DNA of 64,000 nt, taken from the NCBI GenBank assembly GCA_025782575.1, contig JALGYY010000048.1, positions 13,182 to 77,181 of the forward strand. Reading direction: 5' to 3'. The notes beneath the pieces were generated by a model. The model had not been told where the DNA came from. It searched no databases and saw only the letters and a program-made list of their open reading frames with translations. The position numbers and the translations under genes were made by a program. Source of the DNA: a bacterium. GTDB taxonomy: Bacteria > Orphanbacterota > Orphanbacteria > Orphanbacterales > Orphanbacteraceae. Below are positions 9,953-19,701 of the stretch, piece by piece. How positions within the stretch are numbered: the stretch's first letter is position 1; each line of letters starts with the position of its first letter.

Positions 9953-10089
9953 GGCTACCTCCTTGAACGAAGCCGGCTGGGTAGTTCAGCCCAAGACGAC
10001 ACATGGCCACCCGGCTACCCATAACTTCTTTACTATCAACAAAGTGGAACGATCCGAGAGGATACGCCCCGGGAGAACGTATTGCGATC

Positions 10090-10107
10090 GTTGATCGTAG
10101 GATCAAC
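10090..10107. promoter_or_regulatory. Perfect inverted repeat GTTGATC-N4-GATCAAC, putative operator just downstream of the nap-like operon promoter
   Basis: Palindrome read directly from the sequence; lies about +1 to +18 of the predicted transcript. Confidence 0.55.
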
Positions 10108-10114
10108 TAACTGC

Positions 10115-10143
10115 ACTATAAATTGCCACCTGATCAGAGTCAA
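10115..10143 (-). promoter_or_regulatory. Sigma70-type promoter of the cytochrome c/nap-like operon
   Basis: Minus strand TTGACT-N17-TATAGT. The -35 overlaps an FNR-like TTGAC-N4-ATCAG. Confidence 0.7.
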
Positions 10144-10346
10144 GTTTTCCGGGGGGGGCTGATCAGCCTCTAGGGTACGATAAGCCTTAGGTCGTCCATC
10201 CCCTCGACCATCAGCCGGCCGCCGGAAAGCCAGGTAAGGGGAATACCTCTGGGGCCGGGTTGGCGATCAGTTAGGTGCTCCGAGAAACCTGCCTGGCGAT
10301 ATTTGCTGAAGAGCTGGAAATGGCGATTTGTTATAATAGTGAGACC

Positions 10347-11072
10347 ATGATACGTAGAATCCCCACTCCCGTTCGGGTCCTGTTGGCAGCCGATTTCACG
10401 CTGGCCGCGCTTCATCTTCTGACGCTGCTGGACAGGACTGCACCGATCCCCAAGTGGATCATGTTCTTCAATATGGACAAGGAGCCGAGCCTCCCGACCT
10501 GGTACTCCTCAACGCAGCTCTTTCTGGTAGCTCTCGTGTTCGGATTGCATGCGATCGGTATCGGCCGGCAGCGGCTCTCCCGGGTCCCCACGATACTCTG
10601 GGCGTTTCCCCTGCTCTTCATGGCTCTATCAATTGATGAGATCAGCCAGGTACACGAGTGGATCGGCGGCGTACTCAGGCAGCTTCTTCCCGCAACATCG
10701 CGAGAGGGATCCATATTCAGCCGCACTGGGATCTGGATGTTTCTGCTCGCCCCTCCCCTGGCTGCCCTGATCGGCTTTGTCATATTCAGAGCTCGGGAGT
10801 ATTTCCTGCAAACCCGGGGGGTGATCCCCCGAATCATCACCGGAACGACTATCTTTCTCGCCGGCGCCGCGGGGGTCGAGCTGCTGGGAAACGTGGTAGA
10901 ACTGCGATCGGTCGCCCACATCATGGAAGTTCTCGTTGAGGAGCTTCTGGAAATGGTCGGTGTCACCCTGATATTCTGGGCCGGATGGGACCTTCTCCCC
11001 GCAGGCGGACTCTCCCTCCCGGCCGACCGGAGCAATTCCCAGACTGTCGGATCCCGCCCGGACAGCCCTTGA
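10347..11072 (+). CDS. Hypothetical integral membrane protein
   Basis: About 6 TM segments with motifs EPSLPTWYS, LSIDEISQVHE and VEELLEMVG. TGtTATAAT extended -10 at 10329-10337 favours ATG 10347. Confidence 0.75.
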   Translation: MIRRIPTPVRVLLAADFTLAALHLLTLLDRTAPIPKWIMFFNMDKEPSLPTWYSSTQLFLVALVFGLHAIGIGRQRLSRVPTILWAFPLLFMALSIDEISQVHEWIGGVLRQLLPATSREGSIFSRTGIWMFLLAPPLAALIGFVIFRAREYFLQTRGVIPRIITGTTIFLAGAAGVELLGNVVELRSVAHIMEVLVEELLEMVGVTLIFWAGWDLLPAGGLSLPADRSNSQTVGSRPDSP

Positions 11073-11097
11073 CGGGAGCTCGAGCCTCATATATAGT
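11069..11097 (+). promoter_or_regulatory. Sigma70 promoter giving a probably leaderless marR transcript
   Basis: TTGACG-N17-TATAGT with the ATG 6 nt after the -10 and no SD sequence. Confidence 0.65.
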
Positions 11098-11103
11098 CCG
11101 ATT

Positions 11104-11589
11104 ATGAACAATCCGATTTCGGATAAATCAAAAGCCAGACAAAAGAACGAGCCTCTCCGTTTCCTCTCGCCCATCCATAAGGCGGGCCGCCAGATCTCGA
11201 TCTACCTCGAGACCTTCCATGCCGACGCGGGTATTGCCAACCCCGAAGCACACCTGATCGCCTACCTGGGAAGCTACAGTCCCTGCCCGATCGGAGAGCT
11301 GATTCAGGTGTTCGGCCATCGGAAGTCCACCCTGACCAGCATTCTTGATCGTCTGGAAGCGAAGGGGCTGGTCACTCGTTCCGTTAATCCCGCCGACAGA
11401 CGCAGCTTTACTGTCGGTCTGACTGACGCCGGCAAGGAATCAGCGGAGCACGTGCGCGGCGTGACCGAACGATTCGAGAAGGAAGTGGATCAGAGAATTA
11501 CACTCGATGACCGGCGAGGTTTCCAGAGAGTAATGGACGCCATCGGCCGGGTTACCGACGTTACACTACGCAATCCAAAGGAGAAGTAG
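11104..11589 (+). CDS. MarR family transcriptional regulator
   Basis: Winged HTH: KSTLTSILDRLEAKGLVTR...DRRSFTVGLTDAG. Confidence 0.9.
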   Translation: MNNPISDKSKARQKNEPLRFLSPIHKAGRQISIYLETFHADAGIANPEAHLIAYLGSYSPCPIGELIQVFGHRKSTLTSILDRLEAKGLVTRSVNPADRRSFTVGLTDAGKESAEHVRGVTERFEKEVDQRITLDDRRGFQRVMDAIGRVTDVTLRNPKEK

Positions 11590-11590
11590 T

Positions 11591-12091
11591 ATGGAATCGA
11601 AGACCCGGTACGCGGAACCGCTCCAGATTCAATTGAGCTATAATCAGTTTGTCGTGCAGAAGAATGCGGATTCACTCAGCCAGGAAGAGAGTCTCTCCTC
11701 CCCACCCCAGGGCGGGAACTGCGTGAACTGGGTGATCGGCCACGTGAACCATGCCCGGGGAACGCTCGCCGCCGTGCTCGGCCTCCGCGCCTTCGACCCG
11801 GACAAGTACAAGCGCTACGAGAGGGGAAGCGCTCCCCTCGCCGATCCGTCGGAAGCTTTGCCCCTGGATGAGATGCTGGCGGATTTTCAATCCGTTCAGG
11901 AGGGGATCGTCAACGCGATCGGGAGCCTGGATGACGGGGCGCTTGATGCCAAGGCTCCGTTCAGCCCTGTGGGAAATGAGAATGAGACCGTCGGCTCCCT
12001 GATAGCAGGCCTCGTGTTTCATGAGTCCTATCATCTCGGACAGACGGGCGTACTCCGGCGGCTGGCTGGAAAAGACGGGGCGATTGCCTGA
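11591..12091 (+). CDS. DinB/YfiT family protein
   Basis: GNCVNWVIGH...FHESYHLGQ His triad pattern; RBS AAGGAG. Confidence 0.85.
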   Translation: MESKTRYAEPLQIQLSYNQFVVQKNADSLSQEESLSSPPQGGNCVNWVIGHVNHARGTLAAVLGLRAFDPDKYKRYERGSAPLADPSEALPLDEMLADFQSVQEGIVNAIGSLDDGALDAKAPFSPVGNENETVGSLIAGLVFHESYHLGQTGVLRRLAGKDGAIA

Positions 12092-12195
12092 CCCCCCTCG
12101 ATGAAACAGGAGCCCTCTCTTTCTCGTAAGGAGGGGTGTACCGGCCTGCCCGGAGGCTACCGGCACGATGGGAACTCGAACTGGAGGATAGTTGC

Positions 12196-12834
12196 GTGAA
12201 TGTTACCCCTGACGCCTACCCGGCCCGCCTGACAATTGAAAACCCCGGCCCGGATCGTGAACGGCTCTCCGCTTTCTTTCGGATCATCTTCATCATACCG
12301 ATCGGGATTGTCGCCTCGCTTCTCTCCAGCCCGATCTGGAATGAAAACGATTGCGGGGAAAGATGGAACACCGCCTTCTCAGGCGGCGGCATTGTCTTTC
12401 TTTCCCTGATTCTGATGATCGTATTCCGCCAGAAATACCCGCGATGGTGGTTCGACTGGAATCGGGAGCTGACCCGTTTCCTGACACGCCTCTGCTCCTA
12501 TTTCCTGCTTCTTCGGGATGAGTATCCTTCTACCGATGACGAGCAGGCGGTCAAGCTGGAACTGGATTATCCTGATGTGAAATCAGATCTGAACCAGTTC
12601 CTGCCCCTTGTGAAATGGTTCCTGGCAATCCCCCACTTCCTGGTGCTCTGGCTGCTCTGGATCGGCGTACTTTTCGCATCCGTGATCGCCTGGTTCGCCA
12701 TCCTGCTGAACGGGTCCTATCCCAATGACCTGCATAGCTACACAGTGGGGGTCATGCGCTGGTCGCTGCGTGCCGAGGCGTACGCACTCCTGCTGACGAC
12801 GGACAAGTATCCGCCGTTCAAGCTCGGCGAGTAG
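12196..12834 (+). CDS. DUF4389 family membrane protein
   Basis: Duplicated unit ending LLRDEYPS / LTTDKYPPF; RBS GGAGG before GTG 12196. Confidence 0.85.
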   Translation: MNVTPDAYPARLTIENPGPDRERLSAFFRIIFIIPIGIVASLLSSPIWNENDCGERWNTAFSGGGIVFLSLILMIVFRQKYPRWWFDWNRELTRFLTRLCSYFLLLRDEYPSTDDEQAVKLELDYPDVKSDLNQFLPLVKWFLAIPHFLVLWLLWIGVLFASVIAWFAILLNGSYPNDLHSYTVGVMRWSLRAEAYALLLTTDKYPPFKLGE

Positions 12835-12845
12835 GCGGAAAATAA

Positions 12846-12874
12846 AAGGCCCCTCCGTTTTCCGGAGGGGCCTT
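12846..12874. terminator. Rho-independent terminator between convergent genes (probably bidirectional)
   Basis: AAGGCCCCTCCG-TTTTC-CGGAGGGGCCTT stem, flanked by an A-tract that gives a U-tract on the minus strand. Confidence 0.8.
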
Positions 12875-12900
12875 GAGTAGTTCTCGTTCTTGCGGCTGTT

Positions 12901-14661
12901 CTATCGGACGAGGTTCAGCTTCCGGATCGCCGACCGTCCGTCCCATTCCATGCGGGCGAAGTAAACACCGGAACCGGTCCTACTGCCCGGTGACCAGGTG
13001 ATGCTATGTCGTCCGGCGGCGAAGTAGCCGGACGCGAGTGACTCCACCAATCGTCCGGCCGGATCGTAAATCTCGATCTCCACGAGTCCGGGCGAATCCA
13101 ACTCGAACGCGATATTCGTGGTCGGATTGAACGGGTTCGGCCGTGCCGTGAACTGCAGCCCGGCAAAGGGAACGAGCCCCGCCACATCTGTGGTTACGGA
13201 TGTCGGTGCCATGTCGAGCACGTGGGCGATATGATCCGACGCGATTTCAGAATCTCCCGCATTCAAACCGTAAGCGGATAACACGCTCGCCGGAAGATTG
13301 GTCGTATGGAGAATGTAACTCTTGTCGAGGTTCATCACGCTCCCTGTAACCGTGATCCTGTCAATGTGACTCGGCCCGTATGAGCTCCCCTCGTTGTACC
13401 AGGTGTAAGATTGCCGAACGGTCGGCTGACGGGACAGGATCTCTTCGAGATCGCTCCCATCCCAGTCGGGAGCGAAGTCGGGCCCATAAGTACCGTTATC
13501 CAGGATGTCCCCGGTCAGCAGGGTCGTCACCTGTTCGGCATCACCGTACATGTTCGTGTCGCCCAGAATCACGATGGGCGTGTTGTCAGCGAGAGTGACC
13601 GATCCTCCGGGACTGATTGCGTCCCGCACGAATGCCATCATCTCGTCCACCTGATCCTGCCGGGCGGAGTTATTCGTACAACAGGAGAAATGCAGATTAA
13701 TCACCAGCACATCATGATCAAAGGTCGCGGGAAGATCGATGAGCGTTGCAAATGCCCTCCCGACGACGGGTGTCCATGACTGCAGAATGGGATAGCGGGA
13801 GAGCGTCTTCAACTGGCCGTCGGAATCGGACGACCAGGTACCGGAAAGTCGCGCCTCTACCCAGGCCTGCGTCACACCCGCCGAGTGATTGTAGATTTCC
13901 TGATAGGCGATGATATCCGGGTCGATCGCCTGGAGTATGCGCTCGTTTTCATTCGGATCGTTCCAAAGTCCGTCATTGTGGGTGTTCAAAGTCATGATGC
14001 GCGCATTACCGGCATCGTTACGAGCAAGATCAATCAGTGGCGGATCCTGCGGATCCGAATCATCGAATACATAGGTGATATTCGTCGAACTGCTCGGGAT
14101 CCAATCGCCCCCACCCGAATTATCCCGGAAGGCGATGCGGACCGTACTCGACGGAAAAAGCGCATTTCCGTTCGGCGCCGCTGACCGGTTGACGGAGATC
14201 TCGAAATCCGTGGCGGTATAGGAAGGCGAAGTAATAATGCCGATATCATCCCAGCCGATGTTCGAGCCACTGTAGGTTCCACTTCGATTGCCGAATTGCC
14301 ATGTCAGGTCAGCACCCATGCCCGCCACCGATGTCCCTGTGGATGAATTATTGTCCGTGTCGATGTAGAGAATCAGGCTGTTCGGTTCCTGCATGAGGAG
14401 ATCAGTGCCTAGTTCGATTCGAATAAAGAGGGCCGGCCCGTCGTTGGCGAGCCACATTCTGCCGAAATCGATGCCCGAACCGCCGCCGTCGCCTGAAGGA
14501 TCCTGGACCGCGTGCGGAATAGCCGCCCAATCTCCGAAATCGCCGTCCATGAGGACCGGCTGGGCATCGGCGGAGGCCGCGGGAGCGCCGGCAAGGTGCA
14601 GCACACACGCCAACGCGAATACAAAAGCGCCTAAAACATATTGAATACGAACTCGGTTCAT
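12901..14661 (-). CDS. Secreted endonuclease/exonuclease/phosphatase-family protein with FlgD_ig/T9SS-like CTD
   Basis: Signal peptide; RIMTLN, DIIAYQE, LGDTN, IDRI and SDH EEP motifs; PNPFNP...SGVYF CTD. Confidence 0.85.
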   Translation of the reverse strand: MNRVRIQYVLGAFVFALACVLHLAGAPAASADAQPVLMDGDFGDWAAIPHAVQDPSGDGGGSGIDFGRMWLANDGPALFIRIELGTDLLMQEPNSLILYIDTDNNSSTGTSVAGMGADLTWQFGNRSGTYSGSNIGWDDIGIITSPSYTATDFEISVNRSAAPNGNALFPSSTVRIAFRDNSGGGDWIPSSSTNITYVFDDSDPQDPPLIDLARNDAGNARIMTLNTHNDGLWNDPNENERILQAIDPDIIAYQEIYNHSAGVTQAWVEARLSGTWSSDSDGQLKTLSRYPILQSWTPVVGRAFATLIDLPATFDHDVLVINLHFSCCTNNSARQDQVDEMMAFVRDAISPGGSVTLADNTPIVILGDTNMYGDAEQVTTLLTGDILDNGTYGPDFAPDWDGSDLEEILSRQPTVRQSYTWYNEGSSYGPSHIDRITVTGSVMNLDKSYILHTTNLPASVLSAYGLNAGDSEIASDHIAHVLDMAPTSVTTDVAGLVPFAGLQFTARPNPFNPTTNIAFELDSPGLVEIEIYDPAGRLVESLASGYFAAGRHSITWSPGSRTGSGVYFARMEWDGRSAIRKLNLVR

Positions 14662-14779
14662 TTCTCGTCTCTCCTGTGATTGCTGCCTAAGGTGTACGAT
14701 GGGGGGGAAAAGCTATTATAACATAAATGCGGCCATATCGGGAGGGGAAGGTCAGCCATCCCCCCTCGGCGTTTCGACT

Positions 14780-15631
14780 CTAAAAACCATTCTTGTACTT
14801 CTCCTCGAACAGGAGGAGATGCTCGAAATGGGGCGGAGCGATGTCGTCGAGGAACGGTTCTTTGTCCTTGGGCATGACCTTTCTCCGCCCGGCGGGGACC
14901 GATTCCATATCTTCTTCGTCCACGCCGACGGACGCGGTTCCCTCGTGCACACAGACGCATGTACCGGTGTCGTCACACCAGATTGAAATCATCGTGCCGG
15001 TCACCCTGATGAGCCCCTCGGGCGAATCGATCCGGATGGTAGAGGCGACGAAATCAGGGCCAGTGAGAACGCGGAGTTCGCCGACATCAACCCGAGCGCG
15101 GGCATCCCGCCCCTCCTTTCCGCCGAACGGGCCGGGTAGTGTCGCCCGGGTGTTGGGATCGTATTGCAGCAGGAATGTCGCGCCATATCGGACGTCGAGA
15201 GTCGCGTCATCCGAAAGAACGAGGGTAGCTCCCCCTTTCAGCGCGCGCGAGATGGAGACGCGATCCGCCAAGTCAAAGACTTCGCCGTTGACCGCGACGG
15301 TTCCGGTGCCGGTGAGATCGACCAGTTCAGGGTGGAGTGGGCGATCCGATCGCCAGATAACCAGGGCGAGCAACCCGGCAGCCACAGCAACGGCGAGCAA
15401 CCGCCCTCTCCGTCTCAGAAGATTCGGTTTTCCCCGATCGACGGACTTAGCCGTCGGCCGCGGCTCCGCGGCAGCTTTTTCGCCGGCTTCGCGATCGATC
15501 CGGCCGGAGACAAACTGCTCCCGAAGCTCCGCCCGGAAAGCCGGATCGGCGCCCACAGGCGAAAGCGCGCGAAGACGCTCTCGAGCGCGCTCCTCCTCGG
15601 GTGTCAGATCCGGATGTTCGGAATCGGTCAT
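14780..15631 (-). CDS. FecR-like membrane-bound anti-sigma factor
   Basis: Single TM, IDSPEGLIRVTGT...VHEGTASV FecR-like strands; ATGA overlap with the sigma factor gene. Confidence 0.75.
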   Translation of the reverse strand: MTDSEHPDLTPEEERARERLRALSPVGADPAFRAELREQFVSGRIDREAGEKAAAEPRPTAKSVDRGKPNLLRRRGRLLAVAVAAGLLALVIWRSDRPLHPELVDLTGTGTVAVNGEVFDLADRVSISRALKGGATLVLSDDATLDVRYGATFLLQYDPNTRATLPGPFGGKEGRDARARVDVGELRVLTGPDFVASTIRIDSPEGLIRVTGTMISIWCDDTGTCVCVHEGTASVGVDEEDMESVPAGRRKVMPKDKEPFLDDIAPPHFEHLLLFEEKYKNGF

Positions 15632-16275
15632 CGTTCCATTTCCTTCAGAATTTCACCAAGCCTCGTGAGCGCGCGGGAGTAACGTTTTCTTACCGCCTGC
15701 CCGCTCACGCCGACGATCTCGGCAATCTCTTCATGTTTTCTGCCGTCGTAGTCACGCAAAAGCACGACAGCTCGCAGATCTTCCGGCAACTGATTGAGCG
15801 CATCCTGCACGTGAGACGCCTGTTCCTTCTGCTCGAGCGCCTCGCCAGGATCGACGCCGCCATCCCGAAGCGATTCCGCCACAGCTGGGTTTTCATCAAG
15901 GGATATTGATCGCCCGGCCACACCAGCCTTCTGCGACCGCCAGTGATCCCGGCAGGCGTTGTAGGTGATCGTCGTCAGCCATGGCCTTGGATCCCGGTCG
16001 GGATCGATCGACCCGATTGATCGATGCACCTTGAGAAAGACATCCTGCACCACGTCCTGCGCCGTGACCGGATTGCCGATCAATCGCGATGCCAGAGAGA
16101 ATACCCGGTCAAATGCGAACTCAAACAGTTCGCCCAGCGCGCCCGGGTCCCCGGTTTGGACGGCAAGAAGCGTCTCGCGGGAGATCGACTCTCCGCTCCT
16201 GACAGGGCCCGAGGCGGGGGATTGTTCCTTCCCCCGTGCGCCCATTTCGCTTTTGCCGTCGTCTCTCTTCATCAT
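15628..16275 (-). CDS. ECF RNA polymerase sigma-70 factor
   Basis: Region 2 AQDVVQDVFLK...WLTTITYNACRD; region 4 LPEDLRAVVLLRDYDG..EIAEIVG. Confidence 0.93.
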   Translation of the reverse strand: MMKRDDGKSEMGARGKEQSPASGPVRSGESISRETLLAVQTGDPGALGELFEFAFDRVFSLASRLIGNPVTAQDVVQDVFLKVHRSIGSIDPDRDPRPWLTTITYNACRDHWRSQKAGVAGRSISLDENPAVAESLRDGGVDPGEALEQKEQASHVQDALNQLPEDLRAVVLLRDYDGRKHEEIAEIVGVSGQAVRKRYSRALTRLGEILKEMER

Positions 16276-16454
16276 CTCTACGCTTTGAACCGCCGTTTCG
16301 TGTCGGCAGGCCCGAAAAAAGTTATCTCTCGTCGGTCACAGACTCCGGGGCTGCTCCGTAACTGGGGTAGACGCCGGGTTCCGCTCTCAATCTGCGTCCA
16401 TTGTAGTTAATGAAAGCGATCTGCCCTAATGCTTTCCCAAAAAAGGAGGATTTC

Positions 16455-17813
16455 GTGTTTTCCAGAGTTCGCATGATACTGATGTTTTTCGTTGCCGTCC
16501 TGCTCGCGCCGCTCATGGGGTGCGGAGACGATGATGACGGCCCGACCGGCATGACACCGGACGAAACCGTCACTTTCACCGCCACCATCGAGAATCTGGC
16601 GACTGTCCCGGAATTCCCGGCGAGCGGTGTTTTCGATACGCCGGTGGCGAAGACAGCGGCAGGCCCGCTGCTTCCGGGTGAAGCATACGAATTCACCTTC
16701 GGCGCCGCGCCGGGGAGCAAACTCTCCTTCGCCACCATGTTCGTTCAGTCCAACGACCTCTTCTATTCACCGGACGGCGAAGGAATCGCACTCTTCGACG
16801 GTTCGGGTAACGGGATGAGCGGGAATGTGACTGACCAGATCGATCTCTGGGACTCCGGTACCGAGGAGAATGAGGAACCGGGTGTAGGTTCGACGCAGGC
16901 CCCTCGTCAGGCCGGTCCGAATGATGGCCCGAATGATTCCGACAACATGGTCCGCCTAGTGAATGACGGGTTCGCCTATCCGGCTACCGGTGATGTGATC
17001 GATGTCCAGCTGACTCACATGGGCGAAAACATCTTCATGCTCAGGATCGAAAACATATCGATCCCCTGGACGACTTCAGAAGCAAATGATGTAGACCTGA
17101 TTCTTGCCCCCGGTGCTTTTGTGATCCATACAGAGAACAATCCTCTCTTCACGAGCGGCATGGCCGATCGAGGGGAAGGGCTTGAAGCACTCGCCGAAGA
17201 TGGCGGGCTGAGTGATCTCATGGCGGACCTTGACTCGCGGACAGGTGTTTCCACACCGCTCGCACCCGGTGTCTGGGTAGTACACATGACAGACATGCTC
17301 TTCTTCACCGGCGGCCAGGTCGATTACGGTGAGGGGCTGAAGGCGCTTGCTGAAGACGGCGACCCGAGCGGGCTCGCAGCTTCAATCGCCGGCAATTCAG
17401 CCGCACTCTCATCGGGCGTGTTCAACACTCCGGTCGGTGCGGGTGGCCCGGGAGCGCTTCTCCCAGGGGCAAGCTATCAGTTTACTTTCGATGCGGACCC
17501 AGGCGATCGAATCTCCTTCGCCACGATGTTCGTGCAGTCCAACGATCTCTTCTATGGAACGGGAATGAACGGGATGGAGCTTTTCGATTCGAATGATGAT
17601 CCCGTGACCGGTGACATCACGTCGATGGTCTTCCTGTGGGATGCCGGAACCGAGGCGAACCAGTGGCCGGGCGCCGGGCCTGACCAGGCGCCCCGTCAGA
17701 GCGGTGCCAATACTGGCATGGCAGATACGAATGACGTCCTTCGCATGGTAAACGACGGCTATGACTATCCAGCCGTCGGCGACCGGATCAAAGTCACGCT
17801 GACGACGCAATAG
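16455..17813 (+). CDS. Spondin_N domain lipoprotein (two copies of the domain)
   Basis: Lipobox LMGC; duplicated SFATMFVQSNDLFY...LWD(S/A)GTE motifs; RBS AGGAGG before GTG 16455. Confidence 0.85.
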   Translation: MFSRVRMILMFFVAVLLAPLMGCGDDDDGPTGMTPDETVTFTATIENLATVPEFPASGVFDTPVAKTAAGPLLPGEAYEFTFGAAPGSKLSFATMFVQSNDLFYSPDGEGIALFDGSGNGMSGNVTDQIDLWDSGTEENEEPGVGSTQAPRQAGPNDGPNDSDNMVRLVNDGFAYPATGDVIDVQLTHMGENIFMLRIENISIPWTTSEANDVDLILAPGAFVIHTENNPLFTSGMADRGEGLEALAEDGGLSDLMADLDSRTGVSTPLAPGVWVVHMTDMLFFTGGQVDYGEGLKALAEDGDPSGLAASIAGNSAALSSGVFNTPVGAGGPGALLPGASYQFTFDADPGDRISFATMFVQSNDLFYGTGMNGMELFDSNDDPVTGDITSMVFLWDAGTEANQWPGAGPDQAPRQSGANTGMADTNDVLRMVNDGYDYPAVGDRIKVTLTTQ

Positions 17814-18007
17814 GAACGCAATCAGAATGTAGTCCGACCCGATCGTGGTGGGGACCGGTGATACCTGGGGGGAAGGTTGCCGAGTCCTCCCCACGCCGGG
17901 TCGGACCGATTATAATTGGAAAGCACTCTCTGACACCCGCCGGAACCACACGGCGGGTGTGTTATTATCGGACACCTTCATCCCTGATACCCGCAGGAAG
18001 GCGCCCG

Positions 18008-18688
18008 ATGTTCGCTTCGTTCTTCTTCACCGGCCTCTTCGCAGGCGCCGTTCATGTGCTCGCCGGGCCGGATCATCTGAGCGCCGTCGCTCCACTTGCA
18101 ATGGAAAGTCGCGGCCGCGCCTGGATCACCGGGCTTCGATGGGGAATCGGACACTCGGCCGGAGTTACCTTAATCGCCGGACTCGCCTTTTTCTTCCGCG
18201 AAATTCTCCCTCTCGATTCCCTGTCATCGTGGAGCGAGCGTCTCGTCGGTTTTGTCCTGATTGGTATCGGGCTATGGGGTTTGCGTCGGGCTTTCTCGAA
18301 CCAGGCTCACATCCACGAGCACGAACATGACGGCAGCCGGCACGCCCATTTTCATGTTCATAGAGCAGGTCAGAGTCACGACAAACCGAAAGCCCACGCG
18401 CATGGACATGCGGCGATCGCGGTCGGTGCGCTGCACGGCCTTGCCGGGAGCACCCATCTGATCGCGATACTCCCGGCGCTCGCCATGCCGTCACGGAGCG
18501 CGACGGCGATCTATCTCGCGGGAGTAATCGCCGGCACGATTGTCGCGATGATGTTATTCGCCTGGTTCGTCGGTAAGCTCGCCCAGCGTGCGTCGGGGTA
18601 TGGTGATCGCCTCTATCGGGGGCTGGCCGGATCGTTTTCAGGCGCCGCAATCGCCATCGGCCTCTTCTGGATCTGGAGCACCGCCTGA
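18008..18688 (+). CDS. UreH/NicO-like high-affinity nickel permease (His-rich loop)
   Basis: HVLAGPDHL, WGIGHS, HIHEHEH..HAHFHVH, GALHGLAG. Confidence 0.85.
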   Translation: MFASFFFTGLFAGAVHVLAGPDHLSAVAPLAMESRGRAWITGLRWGIGHSAGVTLIAGLAFFFREILPLDSLSSWSERLVGFVLIGIGLWGLRRAFSNQAHIHEHEHDGSRHAHFHVHRAGQSHDKPKAHAHGHAAIAVGALHGLAGSTHLIAILPALAMPSRSATAIYLAGVIAGTIVAMMLFAWFVGKLAQRASGYGDRLYRGLAGSFSGAAIAIGLFWIWSTA

Positions 18689-19027
18689 TCCGGTTCAGGA
18701 GGTGCGGTCCTTAGGCGGCGTTACCAATGGCACGATTTGCTAGAAGCGCAACGGGGCGACGGCGTATCGACCGAGCAGTTCACCCTGTGCAGCTGGGTGG
18801 GTCAAAGAGTGGGCTTTAGCTTTGGCCTTCATGATCGTTCTACAATCGCGAATCACGTCTTGACCGGATAATTCAGGACACGCTTGACCCTGCGCACTCC
18901 TGCCGATGGAACGGTTAAAGCGCCGAGGAACTACTGCTATCTCTCCTCGATTTCTACCCTGAACTGATCGAACATCCTGATGATGCACGAGCCCGCTTAT
19001 ATTAAGCAGCCATCGCCCGGTGTTGCC

Positions 19028-19453
19028 CTATTCCAGGTTCGCCTTCATGTCGTCGAGCAATGCCATGTATATCGGATGGCAGAAATCATGGACCTTCTCA
19101 TCCGATCCGCTCTTCCAACTCGAGTTCCAGTCGACCTGCGTAGTTCCATCTCCTCCGTCGGTCACGCGCACAACCCCTTCATAGCCCCCGACATCATTCG
19201 CGGAGATCGGCGAAGGCCCATCATCGATGGTGTACTTTATTGTGTGATTATTTTCATCGAGTTCGATCAGGGTTTCATGAAAAGCATCGTTAAGAATTCT
19301 CTTTGCGCCTACCTGATCACCACGATGATCTCCAACGGAAGTACATTTGGTAATGACATTGGGCGCCCACGAGAGGTCGTGAAAATTCCGAATTTTTGCC
19401 CATACGGCCTTCGGTGAAGACTTGATCCTTATCGACTGCTCTGTTTTTCCCAT
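19028..19453 (-). CDS. SRPBCC (polyketide cyclase/dehydrase-like) family protein
   Basis: SPKAVWAKIRNFHDLSW...VGAKRIL...ETLIELD; RBS AAGGAG. Confidence 0.85.
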   Translation of the reverse strand: MGKTEQSIRIKSSPKAVWAKIRNFHDLSWAPNVITKCTSVGDHRGDQVGAKRILNDAFHETLIELDENNHTIKYTIDDGPSPISANDVGGYEGVVRVTDGGDGTTQVDWNSSWKSGSDEKVHDFCHPIYMALLDDMKANLE

Positions 19454-19701
19454 TGCATCCACTCCTTATAATGTTTGGCGTGAGCCGCGACAAAACCCCG
19501 GGGTGAGGTGTGTTTGTGTGGGTGTGCTTTCATTCTATCATAGGAAACCAGTTTTCGATGGACAGACGCGATCCATTCGGCTATGATTATTTACGCTGTA
19601 TAACATTGAACTTGGCTAAATGCCACCTTCTTGCTCGTGTAAACTGAATACCCCGGCACTTTCCGCTGTGTGCTGCTTGAAACAGCATAGGAGACAGGAA
19701 A

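Noticed and set aside
18728-18741. TGGCACGATTTGCT as a sigma54 promoter
   Set aside because: GG-GC spacing is 8 rather than 10, and it lies between convergent genes.
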